This document shows, piece after piece, positions 26,066 to 37,567 of a stretch of 55,653 nt of DNA. The DNA is from Bigelowiella natans CCMP2755 (Eukaryota; Protista; Cercozoa). The notes below the pieces were generated by a model that saw only the letters and a program-made list of their open reading frames with translations, did no database searches and was not told where the DNA came from. A program made the translations under genes and the position numbers. The DNA is taken from positions 1-55,653 of the forward strand of contig ADNK01000880.1 of assembly GCA_000320545.1 (NCBI GenBank), in the 5' to 3' direction. Each line of letters begins with the position of its first letter. The first letter of the stretch is position 1.

Positions 26066-28492
26066 ATGGATTGGCTCTTCTCTTCGAAACCTGCGCCCGC
26101 CCCTCCTTCCCCCCCTTCGGTTACTCCAGCTCGGACACTTTCCAGCGGAGATGTCCAAGGTTGGGTGAAAGTGAACAAGAACCCTCTGTGGGTTCCAGTT
26201 ATAGCTAAAACAAACCAGGGACATGTCTTCCAGAGGAAGAGGATGGACAACGGCGTGCAGGTTGATGCCTTACTGTGTTATTTCTTCTCTGCAAGTATAA
26301 TAGGAAGCATCCCCTGCGCATTATCTCCTTTAGGTGTGGACAGATCGCGGTTATCTCTTCATGAACGTACCAGAAGAGATGGTCAACGGAACACAGGTAG
26401 TCTACGCATGTGAATTATGCTCACTGACTAGTCTGAAGCGACGCGTCTGTAGTTGTAAGTTGAGTTTAGTCCAATGAAATAATATCTTGGGCGTTATCCC
26501 ATTCATACTCTCTTCTTCTCCTCCTCCTCTCTTTTTCTTCTTCTTCTTCTTCTTCTTCTTCTTCTTCTTCTCTTTCTTCTAGGTTGGAACGAACCACATC
26601 CTCAGCGCAAACACGACAATTGAGTTGGATGTGAAAAGACCAGCGAATCTGTATGTCATCACTGAGAAGCCGGGTCAAAATGCAGCGAGAGATGGAGGGA
26701 TCATATCGGAAATGCGGGAGCAGGTCAGCATCGCACTTCTTATCAAAGCGAAAACTAATCTAAGGACATACTGTGTTCGGCTCTAACAGGGATGGAGCGT
26801 GATGCTCGATGCCCCTACTATTAACGGATCTGCCTATGGACAAAAGACGCAGGTATTTGGCCGTATATTTTGTTCATAGTCGCATCCATCCTTCTCATAT
26901 CCTCTCCTAATATCTTAGATTGTGCTGCGTCTGCCTGTCGCCCCTGGAATCGTGCGCCTACCCAGTTCTAAATCCGAACTCTGTGTCAGTATTGTCGCTG
27001 TAAGTAGAGGACCCGTAACAGGCCAGAACAATGACAGCAAGGCGGGGAATTGTGGTGTTACGCGCATGACAGAAGAGGAGCAGCCCTCTTCCTCATCAGA
27101 CCGAACTTACCTGTGCGAACGAATGGTTAGAGAGACTAAATACAAGTATCCCTTGCTGCAGTACTCCGATATTGACATAGCAGCATCCTACGACCCACAG
27201 AGGGCGGCAACACCTACGCAAATGTATTCTTTGAACTTTGAACATCAGCAACTTGGATTCGCCCTTGAGGAGGTGGGTAGGAGAGTAGTCTGCGCTGGTG
27301 AGAAGGGAGAGGAGTACTTTGTATTACCTTCATCTTTCCTGGTTTCTTCGTACCTCATACTTTTCTTTTTCTGTCTTCTGTATCACCAGACTGTGCTCCG
27401 TGCTATTGCAAAGAAAAAACTGCAAGTGAAGTTAGAGAGAGAGCGTTGGCAACATGAGGACGAGGAGAAAGACCAGAAAGACGGGGCTGATGGCCAAGGG
27501 AAACAGAGCAAGAGGAGGAAGAAGAACGAGAAGAAAAATGATACGGCGGTCATCGTCGATAAGGATCATAGAGAAGAAGATGTGCGAACTCTTTTTGCTC
27601 TTTAAATACCATAGTGCTGGTATATATAGCTTAAAGAATATATATTTTCCAACTTTTAGGCGAAGATGAAAGCGGAGGCAGGGGAATCAATGGCGATAGA
27701 AACCGTACAACCGGTAAGATTTAGAAAGGGCAAGAAAAAATTGACGATGAATATCAATTTCGATCCCTCTGAAAATACTGAATGTTAACATGACGTTTTA
27801 GGAAGTGCCAATTGTCGAGATATCAGCAGCAAACGTACTAGTTCGAACCCCATCGCAAATCTCAGAAGGCGCCGTGAAAGTTACCGCATGCATGGTATTG
27901 TTTTTGAGTCATGAGCTCCGACAAGCTCGGGGCTGCATTAGATGATGCATGCGACATCGCTTGACGACAGCGACTGAACCGATGATGATAATGATGAAAA
28001 AGTGTATCATGGCGCTGAGCAATTTTTAAATTTTGTATCCCCCTCTCCAATTATTCTGAACTTCTTTGTGGTGCTACTTAGGTTGTGGAAGACAGTAGAT
28101 AGTCAAAAGATAAAGGATGGTTGCGACGTTTTCTAGTGAGTCCTCCTCAAGTACCAAAGTTAATCGGAAGCTGTTACAAATTGAAATAGCAAACATAATT
28201 TTTTACAACTTAGAGGACACATATCAATATACCCAATAAGTGTGTAAGCTTGGACGTATGCAACACGATTACAGTCCCCTCTCCTCTATTAAAGAATAAT
28301 AATTTGAATTTTCTGCAGTGAACTAGTGCTTTAATTTGGGTAGCGTGCGGTATGACGAGGATGATAATGATGGAAGTGAGCTCCTGCATGCGATGTGGAG
28401 TTAACTTTTTCCAATTCGAGCTTAAGAAGACGTCCGTCATTGGTGGCGACAAGCTACTCTTTACTGTCTATGGATCCCTGCTTATATCATAG
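26066..28492 (+). CDS. Hypothetical multi-exon protein
   Basis: Chain of GT-AG-bounded open segments from MDWLFSSKP to a probable last exon FFQFELKKTSVIGGDKLLFTVYGSLLIS. No family recognised; 3' structure uncertain. Confidence 0.55.
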
Positions 28493-29399
28493 AAACTAGT
28501 TTTCCCCCCCCTCTACATCATACAAGATTTCCCGATCTATCGCCCTGATGCTCTGCTTGATCTCCCTGAAGTGCAAAACGCTGTCGCTATTCATAGGCAT
28601 ACCTAGATATACAGCAAATAATCGCTGGTTGCACAATTCTATTCATACGTTTTATTAATTTGTTAATCGATGTACACGCCCCTTATTAGGGCAATTTCAG
28701 TTCTGACGCTTCTATGCCACGCATCGCACACCCAGTGTTTCCTCATGAAGCCGTGTATCGCCCAACTTGATCATCGTCACATCGAGTTATAACAATGTCC
28801 TTAATAATGGATCAACTGCAATTGATGCAGCAAGACGTGTGATTCATATCGCCATTATGCTGCGATGCATGCCAGCGCATCTTGCTTGCATGTGAAGTAC
28901 ATGCATTCACAATGGTAAACAAAGAAACCCCAGGGCCTCTGCTACATCTAGCCCTTTGGAAGCGGAGGTTCTGAGATGTTTGAATAATGCTATAGCCAAA
29001 GCCTTAATGCCATGCTATGTAGTGTACACTAGTACATATGTGTACGCAGCTGCGCTTTACTATATAGGCAGCTAGCATCTAGCCAAATAAGCATCCGTAC
29101 CATCGCTTGGACGTTCGTGTGTACGTCAGAGGACTTATAAAGACTACTATGCGAAACTAATTGACTGCCATCATGGACAACCGCAATGACGACACCGAAC
29201 GACTGACACAGCAACGTACGTACAGCTGTCACGCACACAGCTGAAAAAGAAACACGAACTGTGAGACGTACCACTACGTACTAGCATCGTCTATTACATA
29301 GCTAGCTAGCGCTACGCTACACGCACGTACGACAGCGTGATATCGACGACATTATGTGGATGCTTTCAAACGAGTCATGTGCATCAAATAAGCAGAAAC

Positions 29400-29510
29400 A
29401 AACAGATACAACATGCACAAGCGCTGTAGCCGCTGCTTTGCACACCTACACATTAGGATGACTGTTGAAAAGATTCAATCACTTTATTACACCCGTCTCG
29501 CATTATTCAT
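29400..29510 (+). repeat. Dispersed degenerate intergenic repeat, copy 2
   Basis: GCGCTGTAGCCGCTGCTTTGCAC..AGGATGAC..ATTACACCCGTCTC. Confidence 0.7.
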
Positions 29511-29828
29511 GTTTTGCTGTCGACAGCTAGTGAAGTCATCGCAGCTAGCGTACGTAGCACATGACAATATGAAACGCAATCGCAAGCTGCGCGTGCAAAT
29601 TTTATTCGGCTAGTTAGGTGATGACTCGAAGGAGAGGGTGATCATTTGCATTGCATGGTTAGGATTCTTCGATCCTTGCTCGCTCGCTAGCTGGTGTTGG
29701 TCAACGGCGCAACGCCCGAAATGTTAGATGCAAGAATTAATATCATCGCAGTCTTTACATATGAGCATCATCATCATCATGTGAAGAAAAGGAATTTGTT
29801 GCCTCACGGAAACAAAAAACCGCAACTT

Positions 29829-30491
29829 TTATGCCAGTTTTGAGGCATGGCTGCCAGGTGCACCAAACTTCTTAGGGCGACCAGCAAGGTATTCCTTAAT
29901 TCCAGGCAGTTCCTTAAACTTTGCATGGAAAGCCATAAGCTTCTTCATGTCCTCCTCACCAACAGCCTCCTTGATCTGATCCCCAACAGGCCCGATCATC
30001 TGGTTTTCAATGTTGTGCCAAATATGTGCCTCGCCGTATCCGGGAGTCTTGCCTGCAAAGAAAGGTCCATCCCCAAGATCACCTGCAAGTTTCTTAAGCA
30101 CAGGTGCAACCTGCTTGACATAGTCTTTGAGGGATGGAAGTTTGTAATTTGGCCACATCTGCTCAGGTAGGTTCAGATAAGGATCAGCAGTTGCCATTGG
30201 ATGAGAGTTTGCCGTCTTTGCAAGCTCGGCTTGCTTCTCATCTACCACAAACTTGCCGCCCATCTCTGCCAGATGCTTGCAGATTTCAACAGTCTCAAGC
30301 TTGATCTTGCCATCTGGTTGCTCAATGTAGGGCATGTAAGGAGTCTTGTCAGACTTCATTTTGCCCCACTCCTCGAAGGTAACAAGCTTGTCCTTCATCT
30401 CCACACCACCATAGGCGGCAATCATACGACAAGGTTCACCACGTGACTGCAGACCCATAAAGTAAACCAAGGTACCCGCGTTCTTCGACAT
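29829..30491 (-). CDS. Glutathione S-transferase (sigma/mu-like, Tyr-type), intronless, 220 aa
   Basis: N-terminal LVYF..SRGEPCRM (YF..RGE..R), MPYI, ETVEICKHLA, C-terminal LGDGPFFAG..GYGE and PGIKEYLAGRP. Confidence 0.92.
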   Translation of the reverse strand: MSKNAGTLVYFMGLQSRGEPCRMIAAYGGVEMKDKLVTFEEWGKMKSDKTPYMPYIEQPDGKIKLETVEICKHLAEMGGKFVVDEKQAELAKTANSHPMATADPYLNLPEQMWPNYKLPSLKDYVKQVAPVLKKLAGDLGDGPFFAGKTPGYGEAHIWHNIENQMIGPVGDQIKEAVGEEDMKKLMAFHAKFKELPGIKEYLAGRPKKFGAPGSHASKLA

Positions 30492-30759
30492 TCTGAATAT
30501 TCTTTACAAGCAGTGCAACTCAATTCGCGTGTTGGGGTGATGAATTCTGCTGTTGATATTTACAGTAGATCCGTGAAGATATCTTGAAAACGCAAATTCG
30601 ACACAAGCGATGAAAATGCACTGGGATATTTTGACAGAGTCATGCAGATTTCTGCTAATCTTGCAAGAAATCGCATTTCCAAATGATGCCACTTCTTTCT
30701 ACATGCCGAATGCTTCTTTCTGCATGCCGAAACCGATCTAGATCTAGATCTAGATCTAC

Positions 30760-31635
30760 TTGGGATCAGGCTGATGCTCTGCGCTCAAGTTGGGGTCATG
30801 ACACTAGGTCTGTTCTTCACCGCATCACTGCCTGTGGCCTGTCTGCCTGTGGCTTGGACGTGTCAGTCAACTTGGACCAGACCTGTCCAAAACTGGTTGA
30901 TCTTGACCTCAATCGAAGAGTCAGGGCTCATCTGTCCACCAATGGCAACTTGTGTCGCAGCTTTCATTCGTGCGTCAAACCCGATGCCCCAATCTGCAAA
31001 CTCAGAGCCTGGGCGAAGAGCCACATTGGAAGGCCAGCTTCCAGATTGTTTGAGTGTCATCTCGATGATTGGCATGACAATTCAAGAGTGTTGATCAAAT
31101 TTCAGCTCCGCGCTGGGACTTGCGAAACTGAAGAACACAGGGCTGAAGTTCACAATTTGCCCCCCTCTTCCTCGGTTTGTCCTCTTTGCAATGCTGAAGT
31201 TGTTCAAAGTGTCAACCACCTCATCCATCATTGCACTCACTCATGTGCAGAGAGAAACAAACTTCTTTCGCGCATGAGATCAGCTCTGGGCCCAGCTTCT
31301 TCCTTCTGCTCTTCATTCTTTGACGCTCCAGACTCTTTCAAAACCAAAGTTCTGCTGGGGGGCCCCTCAGATGATCCAAACGCAGATCGTTGTGTGGACA
31401 TGGCCTTCAGGAAGTTTTTGCTCAGAGTGGAGGCCTTGCGCCGCCAGAACTTTGCCGCTGGTGTCATTGCTTCACAATGACTGAATCATGCCATTTTGAA
31501 AAACCAGCCAGTTGGTTTGCCAGTCATGGTCCTCACTGAAGCCAGTTCGAGGCACTGCACTTTGCACACTGCAAGTGTCTTGCAACGTTTTGGAAACGTG
31601 GTTCGTCATCATTGTTCTTGTTCTTGTTCTTGTTC
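30760..31635 (+). mobile_element. 5'-truncated non-LTR retrotransposon (LINE): post-RT C-terminus, 3' UTR and simple-repeat tail; hypermutated
   Basis: ORF to TGA at 31480 with KFQLRAG...CPLC-x9-HLIHHC (CCHC zinc knuckle typical of LINE ORF2 C-termini), then about 120 bp UTR and a (TTGTTC)n tail. Confidence 0.8.
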
Positions 31636-31789
31636 TCAAGGAACCAGGGTTCTGCGCCGTCACAATTTTGTTGTCAATTGCACTTGCGAAAACGGCATGA
31701 CTTTTCCCCCACTTTTGTCTTGTCGCAACCTGTCCAGCTGTTGATTGGGTTGAACACTTGCTTTGTGAAAATGTGTGCTGTCGCAGACC

Positions 31790-32060
31790 CGTCCAGTTCA
31801 TCGTCATTGTTCATTGTTCATTGTTCATTGTCCGTGGCCTCGTCCCCTGACAAGCTGCTTTCATGGTGCAAACGTCTTGCAACACTTTGGAAGTGCAATT
31901 CATCATCATTGTTCATTGTTCATTGCTGCTGAGCTGGCTGTTTCACAGTCCTCACTGAAGCTAGTTCGAGGCACTGCGGTTCGTGCACTGCAAGTGTCTT
32001 GCAACACTTTGAAAGTGCAGTTCATCATCATTGTTCAGTGTTCATTGCTGCTGAGCTGGC
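31790..32060 (+). mobile_element. Three stacked short 3'-end copies of the same LINE with (TTCATTG)n tails
   Basis: Segments at about 31790-31830, 31866-31925 and 31939-32047 match the 31498-31618 UTR. CTGCTGAGCTGGC occurs at 31926-31938 and 32048-32060 (possible TSD). Confidence 0.75.
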
Positions 32061-33490
32061 AAGAAGAGCAACCCAAGAAAGATTGAGGGTTTGTTCAACG
32101 TTCGCCGACCACGTCTAGACGCATCCCACGATCCTCTCAACCGCTCCAATGGTGACGTTTGTTTCTTTCTTTGCTTCTTGGCCTCTCTGTCGTGTGCGGA
32201 GCGTGAAGTTCTGAACGACCTTTCTGGCTTTCTGGAAGCAGAGCGTTTTCCACTTTCCATTTTCTTGTGTCCGAAAGTCCGAAGTGCTTCCAGTGCAGCA
32301 CGGGGGTGCTGTCAGAAGTGGTGCTCAAAGGTGGAACGAAAGATCCGCATCACCAGGAAAACGTGCACAATGAGCATGCTGCTGGGGCTTTGAAGCACGA
32401 GCTTGAAAAAGCTCGCAAGGAGAACGATCTCACAGCACTCTTTTTGGGAGCGAATCAAGACACCATGCTGACCAGACAAGCATTCACATCTAGACGTGCT
32501 TCAGAGAGCACACTCTGTGACTGCAAACTTCGATGTCGCTTGCGCCTTGCAAAGAAGAAGCCGAAAATTTCAGTCATCATGCCGCCGTCCAAGCAACGCA
32601 AGAACGTCGAGGGCCTTGAAGATGCGACCAGCTGCTCTCGAAACACCTGCCAAGTTCACAACCATGTCATGGATCTCTCTCACTGAAGTGACGTTGTTCT
32701 TGCACGATGTCTTGCACTCAACATCAAAGTTCCCACCTGACACGTGCATTGCAGTCCAGCAGTTTCGCATTGCATCTGCAACGTGTGGACTTGCAAAATT
32801 TTGAGGATGGACGTTGTGATGGTGTGATGCAACGTCCGCGCAGCGCACACTGGCAGCCACTTTTCTTTCCTGTGACCACCTTTCGGCTGACTCGTCGGGA
32901 AGACCGCCATCAGTGAACAATGAACAATGAACAATGAACAATGAACAATGATGACGAATTACATTTCCAAAGTGTTGCAAGACATTTGCAGTGTTCGAAA
33001 TGCAGTGCCTCGAACTTGCAAACTGGCTTCAGTGAGGACTGTGACCAGCAAATCAACTAGCTGGTTTTTCGCCAAAGAGAAAGTCCGGGGTCCGGGAAGG
33101 CTTCCCCCACCTGGTCTGACCAAGCTGATCTGTGGGCGGCAGGTCACTGAAGGGGATCATTGTGGGACAGGGCTTGGTGAAGATTCATCACGGGGCGGGG
33201 AGACGTTCGGGAACTCGACTTGTGTCACCGTTCTTCTTCCTTGATTTTCCTAGACTCTGAGTTGGTCGTCTCATCTGCGGAGGCTGTGACCTCATTCACG
33301 GCCTCGCGCACGATGGTTCTAAGTTCAGTTTCCAGCTGTGCAAGTGTAAGTGCGATCGATGAATTCCCGGGTCGCACACACCGTGCAGCAGTGGGGCAGT
33401 TGGTGAGGCTGCGGGAGGCGCTGCTGGTGAAATTGCACGTCGAGGGATTCCATCCGATTGTTTCATTGACTGTGCTCTTTTTTTGCATTG
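32061..33490 (-). pseudogene. Possible decayed coding sequence interrupted by the LINE 3'-end copy
   Basis: Protein-like fragments on the minus strand either side of the insertion (LAQLETELRTIVREAVNEV; VREIHDMVVNLAGVSRAAGRIFKALDVLALL). Family not recognised. Confidence 0.3.
32912..33070 (-). mobile_element. Inverted LINE 3'-end copy with (TTCATTG)n tail
   Basis: Reverse complement aligns to 31498-31618 with 15 substitutions and one 8-nt insertion. Confidence 0.8.
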
Positions 33491-33984
33491 TCGCAGTATT
33501 AAATTCGCACCAATTAGCACGAAATGTGAGAAATTCTGGAGGTTACGCTCGAGCTAACCTGTCGCTGCAGCAGCAAACACATACGAAGACGACAGGCTGG
33601 GGTGGGAGGGCTTGGCCACGGACACGAAATAAATCTGCGACAACCAGCATGACAACCGACCCCAGATGGGTTGTATCTGACAGGTACATAGACTTCACAA
33701 TTTCTAAGTTGACTGCTTGAACAACGACCTTCAACTCAGCATAAAGCTGGCTCTGACCTTCCAGTTATTCATCATCGCGCTACTCCAGCTAAGAGCACCA
33801 TCGAATAATGTAAGCATGACAGCAACGCTTTGAGCAATTATAATATCAAGAAATAAATAACAAACTGCTGCAGTGAATGAGCACACGTACGTTCCACAAG
33901 AGCTGCACTGAGCTAGTACTATTGACATTGTGCAACTCTTACATGTGTAGCCCACACACCGTATGTCGTTGTGGATCTAGGCCT

Positions 33985-34602
33985 ATGGCAAAATTCCTGC
34001 GATTAATAGGCGATATTAGCGTTGCCTCCCCAAAATCACTTGCCTTATTGATGGTTTCGACAGAAGGTGAAGCGAACGTTACACCAACTTGCTGCTCCTA
34101 GCATCGGTGTGACACTTGTCTGGCTGGCAAACCTCCACGGGTGCAATTTCATCTCTCGAACGGATGTTTAGTTGAATTAACCAATCGCCTCCTTTCCTGC
34201 ACGCGCCACCAACACAGGTTGAGCGGATTCGGGTGGCAATTCTTCTTATTCTGCTCTACGTTTATCGTCTTCCTTGGCTCCGTTGGTGCGTGTTATGTTT
34301 GGTACGTCCAACGTGCTATTAGCAGCAGAACACCTCTTGAAATTGCTATATATTATGGGAGGGAAGCGATGAAGGATAGGCAAATCATACACACATACTC
34401 TCCTGGGGGAGGGGAGAAGACAGAGAGAGAGAGATGGAAGTGAAGAATGGTAAAAGTGTCATTTAAAGTGTTTTTCAATGTATTCTGAGACTGCGCTTCT
34501 TTTTTTCTTCAACGTGATAAGTGCGTCCTAATTTGCAACGTCAGCTACGTCATTACGAAAGCACAGTATATTTCTGCCCAATTGAGATCCTCGTTGCCAA
34601 AA

Positions 34603-34647
<45 letters not shown>

Positions 34648-35203
34648 AAGCAAATGGGCAACGCGCATCTTTTTCGAAATAATACCATGCCTTCACTTCT
34701 GATTGTATCACTTGAATTCCTGCATTCAAGTTATCAGAGACGGAGAAAGAGGGAGAGAGAGAGAGAAAGAGAGAGAGAGGAAGAGGAAGAGGAAGAGGAA
34801 AGAGAAACGTGATGGCGTAGCAATAATATCAAACTTTGTCCCGAGAACTCACTCCAAACACTGTAAATATACATTCCGTGATAACCCACACCCTCTCTCA
34901 GATTCGGTGCTCCCTTCGTTCTGGTTGGAACACTTTGTGCTATAAGGTAAATCAAGATGAATGCGAAAGTCTGCATCTCAGTTAGACGACCCCACCCCCT
35001 ATGTGTTTCTGTGCCCGAGAAGGAGAGAATACTATACATGCATATTATTCCGAAATCTTGGACCTTGATCTCCCCAAAAGGGAAAGAAGGAAAGCCAATC
35101 GTGATGGGGGACCTACTGATGGCTGCTAATCCTGTCTCTTCCTATTTTAAAGTCAAACTCTTGGGGCGATACTCACTTGTGTCACGGATAATTACCAGTA
35201 ACG

Positions 35204-35247
<44 letters not shown>

Positions 35248-35365
35248 ACACACACACACACACACATTTACACACACCCATGGATAGAGCAGAGTATGCA
35301 CACTTTTATCCCTGGAAAATAGTATCCTCAACGACGAAATTTTGGCTCTTTCCTACTCTCTCTCA

Positions 35366-35417
<52 letters not shown>

Positions 35418-37567
35418 GTGTGTGTATGTGTAGAGATACATCTCAGAGAAAGCTGTTTTGTATCATTTTTACGTAATCTGACATAGCAGAGACACAAAAT
35501 TTACCTGCATTTTCATGATTCCTTTCCTTGGGTTCGAAAGTTTGTTTTAATACATTCCGTATGAATGTAGATAGTGCTACTCTTACACCTACCCTACTCC
35601 TGTTACTACTACTACTACTACTACTACTACACTACTACGAAGCTGGTCTGTATTCCGACACCTTGCCACCAGCTTCATGTGCATCTTCGCCGGTGGTTTC
35701 GACTTCTACTTCATCATCAAGCTCAAGAGGTGTGTAATGCGTGCAAACCTTGATTGCTTTTGAAGGAAAGCGGCCCTTCATCTTACGCTTCTGCTTGGTT
35801 TTGACATCGTATTCACTAAGGGATTTCGTTTGCGCTCTCTCCCGATCCCACCCCCTCCCCCCATTCCTTAATTTCCCCCCTGTCGACCCTCTTGTATCCT
35901 GCTTCTCAGGATGCTCAGCGAGATCCGTCCGTCCAACCAGGAAGCAAGCAGCCAGCCAGGTGAGGGAAGGAAGAAGCTCGAAATTGATATTAGCCTAGTG
36001 CTGCTTTACATGTGTACCACGCATATATGCGAAGGACATGCCGCCAAACATCATGCGCTATGCTTGTACCGCGATGTGAGCTTGCGTGCGTCACGGCAAG
36101 CAGTTGTCTCACTGTGACAGCGAAATCTAACCGAACTTAGAAACACAAATGTCGTCCATTTTCCCTGTCTCTCTTCAACCCAGGATAACAATTGCTGCGT
36201 CTTGTTTTTTGGTATTGTCTGCAATAGATTCTCTCGCCAGAACTCAAGAACGGCTCACTAGAATTCTGTGCATCCTCGGCCCGATAACAGTGTAAGTAGC
36301 ATCAATCCTCTGCACGCTAGATTACCAGTAGGAAGGATGTAGAGGGGTGAACATCGTAAACGACGCACATACTTGAATCCATCTTTCCTTCCAAAGCCTT
36401 CTTTCTTTTCCATCCTTGTTCCCACGAAGAATCCAACCCTAGAATCTACGCTACTGGTCTTCCACCTGTTTGCGTGTTGTCAATCATCCATTCAATGGTG
36501 TGATTTTTTTCTTTCTTTCTTTCTTTCTTTCTTAGGCTTGGCATAATCTCGTGTGTGACTCTGGTGAGATCAACCCTCACTCAAAATCAATCGTATTCGG
36601 ATCTAATCGAAGACGACAACGAGCACTACACTGTCACGAAGGATATATTTCAGTAAGGCCATCACGTTACATCCCCCCCACCCCAAATATTAATTGTTCT
36701 ACGACAAACATGAGTACTATGTCGCACGCCCTTCCTTCTGGATGGTGAGATAGATATTGTGCTTCCCCTCTACCTCTATTTCGTTTGTCGATATTGTCGT
36801 CGTCTTGTGGTCGATGTTCTCGGTCTAATCTACGTCGTCTCGACCTCATCGGTCGGTCGTCGTGTGTTGCTGAAAGATTTTGGAGTATTCTCATGTTTGA
36901 GGCGTTCTTCATGTATTACGCGTGGGTGCCCCTTGACATACCAAACTTGGTAATATACGGATCGAACAGTGCATCCCCCCCCCCCCCCCACCCCCCCCCT
37001 CTCTCTCTCTCTCTGTGTGTGTGAGAGAGAGAGTTTATGTTGTTTCCTCCGTGAAGAAGAACACCTGGGAAGATGCATTAGTATGTGCTTAACGATACTG
37101 CGTACGATGTGCTGCGAGTAGTTTCCGCGATGGTCCCTGGGAAGCCTTGGGCTGTCTCGGATGAAGTTGAGCAGTAGGGACTTGCAGATAGCTCTCAAAT
37201 CTGACGGTGCGGATGATAATGTTGCGGAACGAAAACGTGGCGAGATAGAGTCCACCGATTAGATGATGATACTAGATAGGAGCGTGAAGATGGCTTATAT
37301 CTGATTATGTATTCATTCATCCTGATTTCTCTTCTCTCTTAGTCTCACTCTCTCTTACTCTCCTCTTTTCCAGCATCTTCAATAAATGATGTAGGATTCG
37401 AGAGCGGCACCAAAGAAAAGGATGATTACAAGGACATTGATGATGATGATAGCAGAGTAGTTTTTGATAGTTCATTGATGCGAGATGGCGGTGGAGGCAT
37501 GCTCAGAGTTCCTGACGAAGATGCTGACCGTGATGCCATTAGAAAGATGTCCAATGCGAGCGGGTGA
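33985..37567 (+). CDS. Hypothetical multi-exon, probably multi-pass membrane protein
   Basis: Hydrophobic GT-AG-bounded segments (WQFFLFCSTFIVFLGSVG; ITIAASCFLVLSAID; FWSILMFEAFFMYYAWV) and an acidic last exon ending at 37567. Start uncertain. Confidence 0.45.

Larger units (their letters stand above)
30690..33490. other. TpA-depleted island 1
   Basis: Manual count: 7 TA in 30761-33318, 6 of them CTAG; none in 30807-31961. The flanking 120 bp at 30541-30660 alone has 6. Confidence 0.93.

Noticed and set aside
30760-31635. ADAR editing of the LINE RNA before insertion
   Set aside because: It would give A->G on one strand only and favour UAG. Both polarities occur in one copy, TAG is spared, and non-LINE DNA is also affected.
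31498-33070. DNA transposon with 120-bp terminal inverted repeats
   Set aside because: The unit follows the LINE stop codon, ends in a simple-repeat tail, also occurs as direct copies, and no flanking TSD was found.
30690-33490. CpG methylation decay or fungal-type RIP as the source of CA/TG excess
   Set aside because: Both would deplete CpG or CpA and keep or raise TpA. Here CpG persists, TpA is nearly absent, and some copies retain TA at variable sites.
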